Of a stretch of 64,000 nucleotides of DNA, positions 28,600 through 38,651 are shown in pieces. Below the pieces are notes generated by a model. The model was given only the letters and a program-made list of their open reading frames with translations. It searched no databases and was not told where the DNA came from. The stretch spans positions 2,752,001 through 2,816,000 of the forward strand of contig CBDDDZ010000005.1 of assembly GCA_965226795.1 (NCBI GenBank). Direction: 5' to 3'. Position 1 is the first letter of the stretch. Each line of letters starts with the position of its first letter. Made by a program: the position numbers and the translations under genes. The DNA is from Candidatus Latescibacterota bacterium. GTDB lineage: Bacteria; Latescibacterota; UBA2968; GCA-2709665.

Positions 28600-29823
28600 T
28601 TGAATCAACCGTTGTATGCCGACGCAGGATCAATTGTGGAAAAACGACTCTATTGCAGGCATGTCCCTTCCGGAGAACGCGTTTCATGGTCTGATTTCCT
28701 GGACCGTTTCAAACCCGGCCGGGGCGCCCCTGACGAATTGTGGGAGGCGGACTACGATTACGCGTTCAGCCGGCGCAAGTTCGGAACGGGGTTACCGGTC
28801 CGCGATGCGCCGGGGATTTTCAAATGGTGGCCGCTGCTGCCGGTTGCGGGGCCGGCAGGTCTGGTCTCCCTGGGCGAGGGGGGCACGCCGCTGATTCACT
28901 GCCGGCAGTTCGAACGCCGGAATCACCCCCGTGTGCTGGTAAAGAACGAGAGCGTGAACCCCACCGGGTCCTTCAAGGACCGGTACGATTGCCTGAGTGT
29001 TAACGTCGCGCGGGCGCTGGGATATAGCCGTGTCGTGTGCGCATCCACGGGAAACCACGCGCTGTCCGTTGCGGCATACGCCGCGGCGGCCGGATTGGAC
29101 TGTCTGTCGATTGTAGCGGACAGTATCTCGGATCAGGTGTGGGCGACGTTGAAGGTCTACGGGGCGGCAACGCGGGTGGTTCCCGCGGCGGACCGATTCG
29201 AAATGCTGGCGGAAGAAGCGTCGAGCGGTCGGTTTCCGATGGGCCTGTTCATGCCGGGTGCAACCGAAAATCCGTTCGGAGTCTTAGCATATAAGACGAT
29301 CGCCTATGAATTGGTGGACCAACTGGGGCATGCGCCCGACGCGGTCGTGTTTCCCTGCGCCCGGGGCAACGGTCTTTACGGGACATGGAAGGGGTTTCGG
29401 GAGGCATACGAACTGGGGCTTATCAATCGTCTTCCCAGAATGTATGCCTGCCAACCGGATTCGGCGGCCTCCCTCGTAAAGGCATTCGAAGCCGGGGCGC
29501 ACACGCCGGTTCATGTGACACCGGGAACCACGATCGCCGATGCGGTCAACGAGTCTATCTCCAGCGTTCAGGCGCTGGAAGCGCTGTACGCATCGAATGG
29601 AGGCGCCGTTGCGATTAACGACAACGCGATCTTCGACGCGATGTTCGCACTCGGCAGAGACGGAGTATTCGCCGAGGCGTCTTCGGCAATGGCCCGGGCG
29701 GCGGTAGAACGCCTGGCCGATGCCGGCGCGTTTACCAGAGGTGAGACGGTGGTGATGGTGGTTACCAGTACGGGGTTCAAGTCTACTCGAGAAATCCTGG
29801 AGCAAATTGCGGCCGAACGATAA
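28600..29823 (+). CDS. Threonine synthase-like PLP-dependent enzyme
   Basis: SLGEGGTPL, KNESVNPTGSFKDR (PLP lysine), ASTGN, YKTIAYE. Confidence 0.85.
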   Translation: MNQPLYADAGSIVEKRLYCRHVPSGERVSWSDFLDRFKPGRGAPDELWEADYDYAFSRRKFGTGLPVRDAPGIFKWWPLLPVAGPAGLVSLGEGGTPLIHCRQFERRNHPRVLVKNESVNPTGSFKDRYDCLSVNVARALGYSRVVCASTGNHALSVAAYAAAAGLDCLSIVADSISDQVWATLKVYGAATRVVPAADRFEMLAEEASSGRFPMGLFMPGATENPFGVLAYKTIAYELVDQLGHAPDAVVFPCARGNGLYGTWKGFREAYELGLINRLPRMYACQPDSAASLVKAFEAGAHTPVHVTPGTTIADAVNESISSVQALEALYASNGGAVAINDNAIFDAMFALGRDGVFAEASSAMARAAVERLADAGAFTRGETVVMVVTSTGFKSTREILEQIAAER

Positions 29824-29841
29824 ATACGCGCGGGAGGCGTT

Positions 29842-30963
29842 ATGATTCGACAGACCGAAAACCCGGAAGAGATCGGGTTATCCGGGGAAGCCATCCAAAC
29901 GGCTTGCGGGATCCTGGAGGAGGCGGTGGTGCGGGGAGAGCTAATGGGCGCGGCGCTGCAGGTATCCCGGGGCGGAGTCGCCCTTCCACCTGCGTGTTTC
30001 GGGCGCCGCAAGCTGGATCCCGACGGGCCGCCGGTTGAGCCGGATACGATTTTTCTGATTGCATCCATTACCAAGCCGATCGTGGCCGCGGCGGTCATGC
30101 TGCTCGTGGAGCGAGGCGAGGTCTGCCTGGACGACCTGGTGGCGGAACTTGTACCGGAGTTCGGTCGGGCTGGCAAGGAAGGTGTGCAGGTGCGGCATCT
30201 CCTGACCCACACATCGGGACTGCCGGACATGCTGCCGGAAAATCTGGCATTACGGGCCGAACACGCACCACTGGACGTTTTTGTACAGCAAATCTGCAAG
30301 GTAAAGTTGCTATTTGAACCCGGTACGCGGATTTCTTACCAGAGCTGTGGAATCGCAATGCTGGGCGAGATTGTTCAGCGGGTTGAGGCGACGCCGGTAC
30401 GGATGTTTTTGAGACGGGAGTTTTTTGAACCGATGGGTCTCGTGGATACGTCACTGGGTCTCCGGAAACGAAACGCGCGGGAGTCCGACGTGAAGATTCA
30501 CAGCGGTGAGTACGGTGAAGCGGACGCCGTATCGTGGAATTGGAATTCGGACTACTGGAGAGGGTTCGGCGCCCCCTGGGGAGGGCTGTTAACGACCACG
30601 GCGGAGTTGACGGCGCTCTGTCAGGCCTTTTTGTACGACGGTGCACTGAACGGAAACCGCATTCTGAATCCTGCAACGGTTGCCGCAATGACGATGGATC
30701 AGACGTCGACGATGCCGGATCTGACCCACGCTGACAGACTAAGACAGCGTTGGGGGTTGGGATGGCGCCTGCGCGACCGGGTGAGTTCAATCTTCGGCGA
30801 TCTGACTTCGGACGCCACCTTCGGACACGAGGGGGCAACGGGCACGGTGGCATGGGTGGATCCCGAAACGGAAACGACGTGCGTGCTGTTTACGAACGAC
30901 CCGCACGGCGCTGCGACTGTACGTCCGCGGGTGTGCAATACGGTTGCAGCTGCCGTTATTTAG
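29842..30963 (+). CDS. Serine hydrolase, beta-lactamase class C-like
   Basis: SITK (SxxK), LLTHTSGL, FEPGT..SY, FGHEGATG. Confidence 0.9.
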   Translation: MIRQTENPEEIGLSGEAIQTACGILEEAVVRGELMGAALQVSRGGVALPPACFGRRKLDPDGPPVEPDTIFLIASITKPIVAAAVMLLVERGEVCLDDLVAELVPEFGRAGKEGVQVRHLLTHTSGLPDMLPENLALRAEHAPLDVFVQQICKVKLLFEPGTRISYQSCGIAMLGEIVQRVEATPVRMFLRREFFEPMGLVDTSLGLRKRNARESDVKIHSGEYGEADAVSWNWNSDYWRGFGAPWGGLLTTTAELTALCQAFLYDGALNGNRILNPATVAAMTMDQTSTMPDLTHADRLRQRWGLGWRLRDRVSSIFGDLTSDATFGHEGATGTVAWVDPETETTCVLFTNDPHGAATVRPRVCNTVAAAVI

Positions 30964-31062
30964 GGCGTGCAACCCTTCCGCATCTCGAATGTATCGCATC
31001 TGACATTTCTTTCCGGTTTCAGGAATGCTCCCGCCAACGCCACCCGATTGTGACCTGGTGCT

Positions 31063-32031
31063 TTAACCCTCAACCTGAACGTTCCCGAACAGGGTGCTGA
31101 CGGATTCGTCGTTGTGGATGCGGCGGATGGCTTCCCCCAGAATGGAGGCTACGGAAAGCACCTTTATTTTTCCATTTTGGACCCTTTCCGGCACGGGGAT
31201 GGAGTTTGACACCACCAATTCGGTTAGAACGGAATTCTCCACGCGCTCGATTGCGGGTCCGGCCAGCACCGGATGTACGATTACGGCGCTGATGTCCAAG
31301 GCACCTTGTTCTCTCAGAGCCGTAGCGGCCTCGACAAGCGACCCGCCGGTGGAGATAAGATCGTCGATGATCACGACGTTCTTTCCTTCCACGTCGCCGA
31401 TAATGTTCAGAACTTCGGTTTGGGTGCCGCTTGAGCGCCGTTTGTCTACAATTGCCAGGGGAGCGTCCAGCAGTTCGGAATAGGCCCGGGTCATCTTTAT
31501 GTTGCCCACGTCAGGCGTGACCGTGACCAGGTTTTCCATGCCCTTTTCGATCAGGTAGTTGCCGAAAACATTGATGGAGTAAAGGTGGTCCATGGGAATG
31601 TCGAAGAATCCCTGGATCTGGTTGGAATGCAGATCCAGCGAAAGGACCCGCCTGGCACCGGCGGTAACGATGAGGTTCCCAATCAGCTTGGCGGTGATTG
31701 GAACACGCGGCCTGTCTTTCCGATCCTGCCGGGCATAGCCGTAATAAGGCAATACTGCGGTGATTCGCCGGGCGGAGGCTCTACGGGCGGCGTCAATGAG
31801 GATAAGGATTTCCATCAGGGCGTCGTTGGGCGTGTATACCCCGTTGCCGCAGACGGGCTGAACGATGTATACGTCGTTCCCGCGCACGTTCTCACGGATC
31901 TGAACGCTGGTTTCTCCTCCCGGAAAACTGGTGACTTCAGCCTCTCCCAGGTCGATGTCGAGGTGATGACAGATCTCCTCGGCCAGAGGGCGGTTGATGT
32001 TGCCGGTGAAAACTTGAAAGTCGTAACTCAA
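31063..32031 (-). CDS. prs: Ribose-phosphate pyrophosphokinase
   Basis: PYYGYARQDRK, DLHSNQIQGFFD, IIDDLISTGGSL; AAGGAGG RBS before TTG 32031. Confidence 0.96.
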   Translation of the reverse strand: MSYDFQVFTGNINRPLAEEICHHLDIDLGEAEVTSFPGGETSVQIRENVRGNDVYIVQPVCGNGVYTPNDALMEILILIDAARRASARRITAVLPYYGYARQDRKDRPRVPITAKLIGNLIVTAGARRVLSLDLHSNQIQGFFDIPMDHLYSINVFGNYLIEKGMENLVTVTPDVGNIKMTRAYSELLDAPLAIVDKRRSSGTQTEVLNIIGDVEGKNVVIIDDLISTGGSLVEAATALREQGALDISAVIVHPVLAGPAIERVENSVLTELVVSNSIPVPERVQNGKIKVLSVASILGEAIRRIHNDESVSTLFGNVQVEG

Positions 32032-32098
32032 AACGTCAGCCTCCTTGTAGGAGTACGAATCTCGGGGTTGAAGAATTGTCTCGGGAAAGGACGGGTGA

Positions 32099-32127
32099 AA
32101 TATATAACCCGTCTGACTGAGGAGCAA
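32099..32127 (-). promoter_or_regulatory. Putative sigma70 promoter of prs
   Basis: TTGCTC-N17-TATATT on the minus strand. Confidence 0.45.
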
Positions 32128-32317
32128 TTAAATTTGACAATGGGAAGCGATTCGGATTGCGCTCAACCCGTCGCCGTTGCCCGTTCAGGGACGATACGGA
32201 TCAAGACCGGAATCCGTCGGCGCGAGCGTATCGGGGCGTCCCGAATCGTCACTTTCGCGCCGGAATCCCCGAAGCGGACTGCGCGCCCCAGAAATCGTGG
32301 CATTGGAAAAATAGAGT

Positions 32318-33004
32318 ATGTTGAAGATCCTCTACCAGGACGACCATTACGTTGCCGTTGACAAACCGAGCGGCATCTTCGTACACCCCACCCGACTCGG
32401 TCCACGGGAACCGAACTGCATGTCCAGGCTGGGCAGGCAACTCGGTCGTTCCGTGTACACCATTCACAGGCTGGACCGCGCCACCTCTGGTGTGCTTCTC
32501 TTCGCACTGAGTTCCGAGGCGGCCCGGGAAATGTGCCTCCTTTTCGAGAACCGCCGCATCCAAAAGGAATACCTGGCCGTGGTACGCGGATTCACGCCTG
32601 AATCCGGAAGGATAGATCACCCCCTGCGTGAACACAAGAAAAAGGCAGCGGTGGAAGCGGTTACCGACTTCGTCCGCGTAGGCACCGTCGAACTCCAGGA
32701 ATCCGTGGGCAAACATGCCACCGCGCGCCTCTCACTGGTACGAGCCGTTCCTCAAACCGGCCGCATGCACCAGATCCGGAAACACATGGCCCATATTTCC
32801 CATCCTGTTGTGGGTGACACCACGTACGGCGACGGCGCGCACACACGGTTCGTTCGTACCAGGTTTGGTTTGTGCCGTCTGGCGCTCATGGCCGCCCGGC
32901 TGTCATTTTTGCATCCATATACCGGGGAAGGGGTTGCCGTGGTCGCGGATCCTACGGAAGATCTCCAGGCGACGTTTATCGGGTTAGGCTGGAACGAAAC
33001 GTAG
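32318..33004 (+). CDS. truC: RluA-family pseudouridine synthase (TruC-like)
   Basis: DKPSG, HRLDRATSGVLLFA, KEYLAVVRG, TGRMHQIRKH, GDTTYG. Confidence 0.8.
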   Translation: MLKILYQDDHYVAVDKPSGIFVHPTRLGPREPNCMSRLGRQLGRSVYTIHRLDRATSGVLLFALSSEAAREMCLLFENRRIQKEYLAVVRGFTPESGRIDHPLREHKKKAAVEAVTDFVRVGTVELQESVGKHATARLSLVRAVPQTGRMHQIRKHMAHISHPVVGDTTYGDGAHTRFVRTRFGLCRLALMAARLSFLHPYTGEGVAVVADPTEDLQATFIGLGWNET

Positions 33005-33081
33005 CCGGCACCTACCGGCCCTTGATGCACCACCCCGCACGGAAGACGAATGTAAGACAACCGAGAAACGGTCTTATTTGC

Positions 33082-34035
33082 ATGCCCGTCAGCCCGGAAC
33101 ACATCACACTTATCCGAAGTGGCGCCATCGGAGACTTCGTGCTTACTCTCCCCGCGGTGGACGCCCTGCGCAGGGCTTTCCCACGCGCTACCCAAAGACT
33201 CATCGGTAACCCCACGACTCTGCGACTCGCACCCGTCGACAATCTTGTCGACATCAACAGCGCCGAAATCGCCGGGCTATATAATCCCGAAGGTCCGGTT
33301 CCCGAACGCACCCGCGCTCTCTTCTCCAATGTCGACCTACTTCTGGCCTACGCCGTCGACCCGGATTGCAGCCTTGAAGCCCGACTCACTGAGATGGTAT
33401 GCGGCCGGGCAATCGTATACGACCCGCGTCCGAAAGGGGGCATCCACATCATCGACCACCTCCTGGCGCCGTTTGGAAGGTTGTGTATTCCCACGCCAGA
33501 CCCGATCCCCCGGATCCGTCTGCACGAGTATGAACTGGTTCACGCCGACGACATCCTTCAAAAACACCGCCTGCCCTCCCCTTTGGTGGCCATTCACCCG
33601 GGAAGCGGTGGCCGGGGAAAATGCTGGTCGCTATCCTCCTTTTTTGAGCTCGCCCGCGGACTCCGCCTCCGCGGCGCAGGCGTCGTAGCCCTTTGCGGAC
33701 CCGTGGAAGGGGACACCGTCGATGAACTGCGGGCGCACCTCCCATGCCTGATTCCTCCCGACCCTCGCAGCCTTGCCTGCCTGCTAAACAGTGCCGACCT
33801 TTTCATTGGAAACGACTCCGGGCCGGGACACGTAGCCGCAGCAGTGGGCACCCCTACGCTCACCCTGTTTGGGCCTACGGACGCGGAAACGTGGGCGCCG
33901 CGCCATCCCCTCGCCCGTGTTCTGAAGGCCCCGGACGGACACCTTTCTTCCCTTTCGGTCGAATCCGTCCTGCAGGCCGCGCTCGAACAGCTTGCGACTG
34001 TCACATCCCCGCCACCGGATTCGCACCGCCCTTAA
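33082..34035 (+). CDS. Glycosyltransferase family 9 (heptosyltransferase-like)
   Basis: GAIGDFVL, HPGSGG..KCW, FIGNDSGPGHVAAA, LFGPT. Confidence 0.9.
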   Translation: MPVSPEHITLIRSGAIGDFVLTLPAVDALRRAFPRATQRLIGNPTTLRLAPVDNLVDINSAEIAGLYNPEGPVPERTRALFSNVDLLLAYAVDPDCSLEARLTEMVCGRAIVYDPRPKGGIHIIDHLLAPFGRLCIPTPDPIPRIRLHEYELVHADDILQKHRLPSPLVAIHPGSGGRGKCWSLSSFFELARGLRLRGAGVVALCGPVEGDTVDELRAHLPCLIPPDPRSLACLLNSADLFIGNDSGPGHVAAAVGTPTLTLFGPTDAETWAPRHPLARVLKAPDGHLSSLSVESVLQAALEQLATVTSPPPDSHRP

Positions 34036-34079
34036 TGCCGGTACTGACGTGATTCTCCTACCGGTTCACCGCATTGAAT

Positions 34080-34108
34080 TTGACAGCATGAAACGTTTGT
34101 GGCATATT
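34080..34108 (+). promoter_or_regulatory. Putative sigma70 promoter
   Basis: TTGACA-N17-CATATT with TG extension, upstream of the PhyH gene. Confidence 0.5.
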
Positions 34109-34178
34109 ACGTCCCAACAGCGAAAGCGTATTGACGTCGTCTTCTTCCGTCAAGGGCACCGAAAACAAGGAGATTCGT

Positions 34179-35141
34179 ATGAACGCCCTGCTCGACCTGA
34201 CCTTTCGCGGGAATCCGCTGGTTGGATCCATTAATGACGCCGGCGAGTTGCGGCGCTCGGACGACATTTCGCACGATCCCATCGCGCTCCACGCCCGCAT
34301 GGCCGACGACGGGTACCTCTACCTTCCCGGACTCCTCGACCCCGAAGAATCGCTGGCTGCGCGCCTGGAAGTGATGAAACGCCTTGCCAGGCTGGGCTCA
34401 TTGGATGAAACCCGTCCCCTTCTCGAAGGAAAACACAAACCCGGCGGCAAGCTCGGCTCCATGTTTGACTTCACACTCAATAATCCGGCACTGATAAAAA
34501 TCCTCTACGACGGATCCATGATCCGGTTTTATGAACGATTCCTGGGTGGTCCCGTCACCCATTTCGACTATACATGGTTTCGGGTTAAAGCCCCGGGTGC
34601 GGCGTCGCCCACCCAACCCCACTACGACGTGGTCTACATGGGCCGTGGTACCCCCAACCTCTACAGCTCCTGGACCCCGCTCGGCGACGTACCCTTCGAA
34701 ATGGGCGGCCTGATCATCCTTGAAAATTCCCACAAGAGCGAACGCCTTCGGCACACCTATGCACGCACCGACGTAGACAAATACTGCGAAAATGAAAATC
34801 GGGCCAGACGGATCGTTGAAACCGCCAGAGTGCAGGAACGCGATCTCACCGGCGAGGAACAGTCCGGAATCCGCTGGAATTCCACAGGTTCGTTTGCGCC
34901 CGACGCCATTCAGGCTCGAAACGAACTGGGCGGCCGCTGGCTGACGGCGGACTACAAATTGGGCGACGTGCTGGTCTTCTCCATGCGTACTTTGCACGCC
35001 AGCTCAGACAACCACACCGACCGCATCCGTATTTCCTCGGACTCCCGCTATCAACTCGCCTCCGAACCACAGGACGAACGATGGATCGGGGCCAGCCCGC
35101 CTGCGCATGGAATTCGCGCAAAACAAGGTATGATCTGTTGA
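34179..35141 (+). CDS. Phytanoyl-CoA dioxygenase (PhyH) family protein
   Basis: DGYLYL, PHYDVVYMGRGT, WTPLGD, GGL..LENSH, LHAS.DN, R.SSDSRYQ. Confidence 0.85.
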   Translation: MNALLDLTFRGNPLVGSINDAGELRRSDDISHDPIALHARMADDGYLYLPGLLDPEESLAARLEVMKRLARLGSLDETRPLLEGKHKPGGKLGSMFDFTLNNPALIKILYDGSMIRFYERFLGGPVTHFDYTWFRVKAPGAASPTQPHYDVVYMGRGTPNLYSSWTPLGDVPFEMGGLIILENSHKSERLRHTYARTDVDKYCENENRARRIVETARVQERDLTGEEQSGIRWNSTGSFAPDAIQARNELGGRWLTADYKLGDVLVFSMRTLHASSDNHTDRIRISSDSRYQLASEPQDERWIGASPPAHGIRAKQGMIC

Positions 35142-35224
35142 CCTTTACTCGTTGATGGCTTGAATTCCCAGACATGCTCCTGACATAAGAAAGTTCCGGA
35201 CTTCAGCAGACAGACCCGTTTTTT

Positions 35225-37147
35225 TTAAATCCCGTCTTTCGCGCCACGTTCGCGCATCTGCTGTACAAACGAGTTTCCCGAAAAATCGCCGCGCACTGCC
35301 CTGAAGTCGGCCTCCACTTCGTCCCCGCCACCGTCGGCGCCATAACCGATCGCCGCGGCGCTGCCAAACTCCTTTTCTGCATCCGCCAGCACCTTTTTCA
35401 TAGACGAGGCGCGCGCTTTCCGGTGCGTTGCTTTCAATTCCTCGAAGTCCTCCGGCGTCAGCGCTTCCACACCGGTGCCGGTACGAACCCGGAACGCCCG
35501 CCGCACCCATGCCCACTCATCCCTTTCGTACATCCCGTTGGCCGACTCGAATGCCGCATTGAACTCCGCTACCGTGTCAATTCTTCCGGACACAATATCC
35601 GTTTCAATCTGCGCCAGCCGTGCCCCTGCAAGCAATAAACCGCCCACGTCCGCCCAACGCTCATCGTATACCTCGCCTTCAACCCGGCCCAGCGCCTTTC
35701 CCTCCGCCGCTCGCTGAAGGATCTTTCCAATGAGGTACATGTCGATCGCCGCCGCGTAATTCCTGATGCCGTGGCGCAAGACCAGGCGCCGTATCCTCAC
35801 CCCGTTGTGGCGCACGTGCTCCACCTCTCGCGGCGTCCTGCAATAAAGCGCATTCAACAGCGCCTCTCCCTTCATCATCCGCTCGACCGTGTAGGGACTG
35901 AACACCTCGTACCGGATCTGGTCGCGCTTTACGGAAGCCGTGCGCCGATCCCGGTTTGGCCACTTCTCGCCATCGCGAACCGTACCTACCGTGTGCAGGT
36001 TCATCGCAGGCGTAAGGAAACTCGCTCCCTTTTCCTCAACGACGTAGGAAAACGGCAAATCCCGAATATCGAAATTCGTCATATGCTTACCGATGACAAC
36101 CGTAAACGGTCCCACCGCGCTCGGTAGAAGCATATAGGAAGACGATCCAGTCTTGCTGCCGCGTTCAAGCACACCCTGGTGCACCGGACCGAGCTTATAC
36201 ATGTGGTTACTCTGGTTCGTCCCGCTACCGGCGTTGTAGAACGAAAACAAACCCGCAATCAGCAGCGTGCTCTTGTGGTGAGTCACTGTATAAGGGCCGC
36301 CGAACACCGCACAGGCTTCGCCGTTAAAGCACTCCGAATTGGCGAAGAAGAGGGAATTCTCGGCCGAAAACTGCTTCCCGACCTCTACTCCCTGTCCAAT
36401 AAAGCACCGGTTAATAATGGCGCCGCTATCCACCCGGGAGCCCTCGGAAATGATGAAATCTTCGGCCACAACCGATGCGCCAACCCGTGTTCGCGCATCC
36501 ACCTCGCTCAGGACGGTTCCGTTTTTCAGCATCGCCGCCCCGGTGACCACCGCGCAGCTACCGATATTCACGTCCACAATCTCATTTACATGGGCGACGA
36601 CGGCGCGTTCGCCAACCATTCCTACATCCGACGCTTTCTCAGCGACGAATGCGTCCACCATTGCCTGGAGGCGCACAGTCATCTCCGTCCGATACCGGTG
36701 CATACTCATCAGGTACGCGAACTGGCTGGACATCTCATTGAACATCGGCACCTCCCGCCCGCCCCCCTCGTTTACGGGTTCCACGACCACGCCATTTCCG
36801 AATGTCGAACCGGCCCGCGTCGTCATCTGCCCCACATCCGTTATGACCGCACCTTCGCCAACGCGGTAATTCGCGAGATGACTGCGCACGTGCGTCACAC
36901 GCACGTTATCCCCCAGTTCGCAGTTTATCAGCGTGGCGTACGAAATTTCCGCCGGCAATTCCACACCGGCGAATGACACGGTGCCCTCCAGAGCACCCAT
37001 CTTTACCTGTCCGTCAAAAACGACATGTTTCACCCGTTCCGGATTGAACCGTTGCTTCACCTCTACCTTCGACCAATCCGCGGCCGCGCACCCGTTCCGT
37101 TCCAGCGCCGCGATCTCAGCCCGGGAAAGCGCACGATAGCCAGCCAT
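35225..37147 (-). CDS. DUF4954 family protein (hexapeptide/beta-helix-like)
   Basis: YRAL...EI..LE.NGC.A.DW, NEGGGREV, FSAENSLFFANS, GPYTVTHHKSTLLIAG, NQSNHMYKLGP.HQG. Confidence 0.85.
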   Translation of the reverse strand: MAGYRALSRAEIAALERNGCAAADWSKVEVKQRFNPERVKHVVFDGQVKMGALEGTVSFAGVELPAEISYATLINCELGDNVRVTHVRSHLANYRVGEGAVITDVGQMTTRAGSTFGNGVVVEPVNEGGGREVPMFNEMSSQFAYLMSMHRYRTEMTVRLQAMVDAFVAEKASDVGMVGERAVVAHVNEIVDVNIGSCAVVTGAAMLKNGTVLSEVDARTRVGASVVAEDFIISEGSRVDSGAIINRCFIGQGVEVGKQFSAENSLFFANSECFNGEACAVFGGPYTVTHHKSTLLIAGLFSFYNAGSGTNQSNHMYKLGPVHQGVLERGSKTGSSSYMLLPSAVGPFTVVIGKHMTNFDIRDLPFSYVVEEKGASFLTPAMNLHTVGTVRDGEKWPNRDRRTASVKRDQIRYEVFSPYTVERMMKGEALLNALYCRTPREVEHVRHNGVRIRRLVLRHGIRNYAAAIDMYLIGKILQRAAEGKALGRVEGEVYDERWADVGGLLLAGARLAQIETDIVSGRIDTVAEFNAAFESANGMYERDEWAWVRRAFRVRTGTGVEALTPEDFEELKATHRKARASSMKKVLADAEKEFGSAAAIGYGADGGGDEVEADFRAVRGDFSGNSFVQQMRERGAKDGI

Positions 37148-37541
37148 ATGAGATTTATCCTCCCTTCGTGGTCCGATTCAGTGGCGCGTATCTCACTAAA
37201 AAACCGTTCATTATCGATTCAAAAGGACGGGTAAGATATTCAGCCCCGAGCCCGACAGCAAGCATTTTCTGTCGAATTCCCTGCACGTTCAGCCACAGCC
37301 TGACACCGGGCAAAACGCTTTACTTAAAGCCGACCTTTTGGTATATTTGCTGTCCTTTATGATCACTCGCCGATTCTCGTAACGGCGGTTTGCGATCAGG
37401 GTTCCAGGTGTCCGGATCCCAGGACTGGTGCGGGTTTCGATGCGCGGGCCAAATAGGCACAACCGAATCTGCAATCGGTATACGCCGCTCACAGCAAAGA
37501 ATGCGGGATTTTTCAGGTAAACTTCGGACGAAAGGAAGTCA

Positions 37542-38300
37542 ATGGCGGGCAGCATCAGGCTCAGAGTATGCGAGACCAGCGCCGCGGTGGCGGCAGAAGC
37601 GTCGGAAATCATCGCAAATCTGGTCCGCACCAGGCCGGATGCGGTCATCGGATTGGCCACGGGATCCACACCGGAACGGACCTATGCCAGGCTCGCGGAG
37701 TTGCATCGTAACGAGGGTCTCGGGTTCGCCCGGGTTACCTCGTTCAACCTGGACGAATACTGGGGCCTGGATGGCGACCATGACCAGAGCTACCGTTATT
37801 TCATGAACGATCGCCTGTTTCAAAAGATCGACATTCGGCCGTGGAACACCCACCTCCTGAACGGTACCGCCGCCAATCCCGAGTTCGAATGCAGGGCTTT
37901 CGAAACCAAAATACTGGCCGCCGGCGGCATTGACCTCTGGCTGCTCGGTATTGGCACCAACGGACATATCGCATTCAACGAACCCGGCAGCCCCGTGGAC
38001 AGCCGCACGCGCCTCGTCAACCTCGCTCCGAACACAATTTCGGCGAACAGTGACGGCCGTTTCTTCAAGGATGCCGCCAGCGTCCCCCGGTTCGCCCTCT
38101 CGGCCGGAATCGGCACCATTCGAGAGGCACGGAGTATTCTGCTGCTGGCCACCGGCTCTCAGAAGGCCGGCGCCATCGCGCAAGTTCTCGAAGGCCCGCC
38201 CTCACCGGACTGCCCGGCCAGCCTGCTGCAGAGCCATCCTGACTGCACATTTATTGTGGACCGTGACGCCGCTTCAGAACTCAAATCCAGTCAAATCTGA
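37542..38300 (+). CDS. nagB: Glucosamine-6-phosphate deaminase
   Basis: GLATGSTP, FNLDEY, GGIDL.LLGIG.NGHIAFNEPG. Confidence 0.95.
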   Translation: MAGSIRLRVCETSAAVAAEASEIIANLVRTRPDAVIGLATGSTPERTYARLAELHRNEGLGFARVTSFNLDEYWGLDGDHDQSYRYFMNDRLFQKIDIRPWNTHLLNGTAANPEFECRAFETKILAAGGIDLWLLGIGTNGHIAFNEPGSPVDSRTRLVNLAPNTISANSDGRFFKDAASVPRFALSAGIGTIREARSILLLATGSQKAGAIAQVLEGPPSPDCPASLLQSHPDCTFIVDRDAASELKSSQI

Positions 38301-38364
38301 ACTATAGTGTCCTGCACCAAGACGGGGATTCTTTCAACCTTCCCGAAATTACACGGAGCGTCAA

Positions 38365-38610
38365 ATGGATCGCGAAGAAATCAAGGCTGGCGTGTACCGG
38401 GTCATATCCCGGGTTCTCGGAATCGACACGACGCAGGTCGGAGAGGATCAGAGCTTCACGGAGGATCTGGGGGCTGAATCCGTACAGTCCGTAGAACTCA
38501 TGGCCGGCTTTGAAGAGGAATTCGATATAGAAATGGACGAAGATGGAGCCCTGGCCGTACAAACCGTGGGTGGCGCCATCGACTTCATTGCGAAGTATGT
38601 AAATGGTTGA
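38365..38610 (+). CDS. Acyl carrier protein (variant DLGAES motif)
   Basis: 81 aa, acidic; FTEDLGAESVQSVEL..FEEEFDIE..TVG. Confidence 0.85.
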   Translation: MDREEIKAGVYRVISRVLGIDTTQVGEDQSFTEDLGAESVQSVELMAGFEEEFDIEMDEDGALAVQTVGGAIDFIAKYVNG

Positions 38611-38651
38611 TACCGAAACACCTGTCCCCGATCATGCCAGGAGTGGGTACC

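Noticed and set aside
32130..32317. tRNA-Gln often found upstream of prs
   Set aside because: No cloverleaf, T-loop GTTCGA or CCA end seen; this is a divergent promoter region.
37350..37541. glmS ribozyme upstream of nagB
   Set aside because: The conserved AGCGCC...GACGAGG core is absent.
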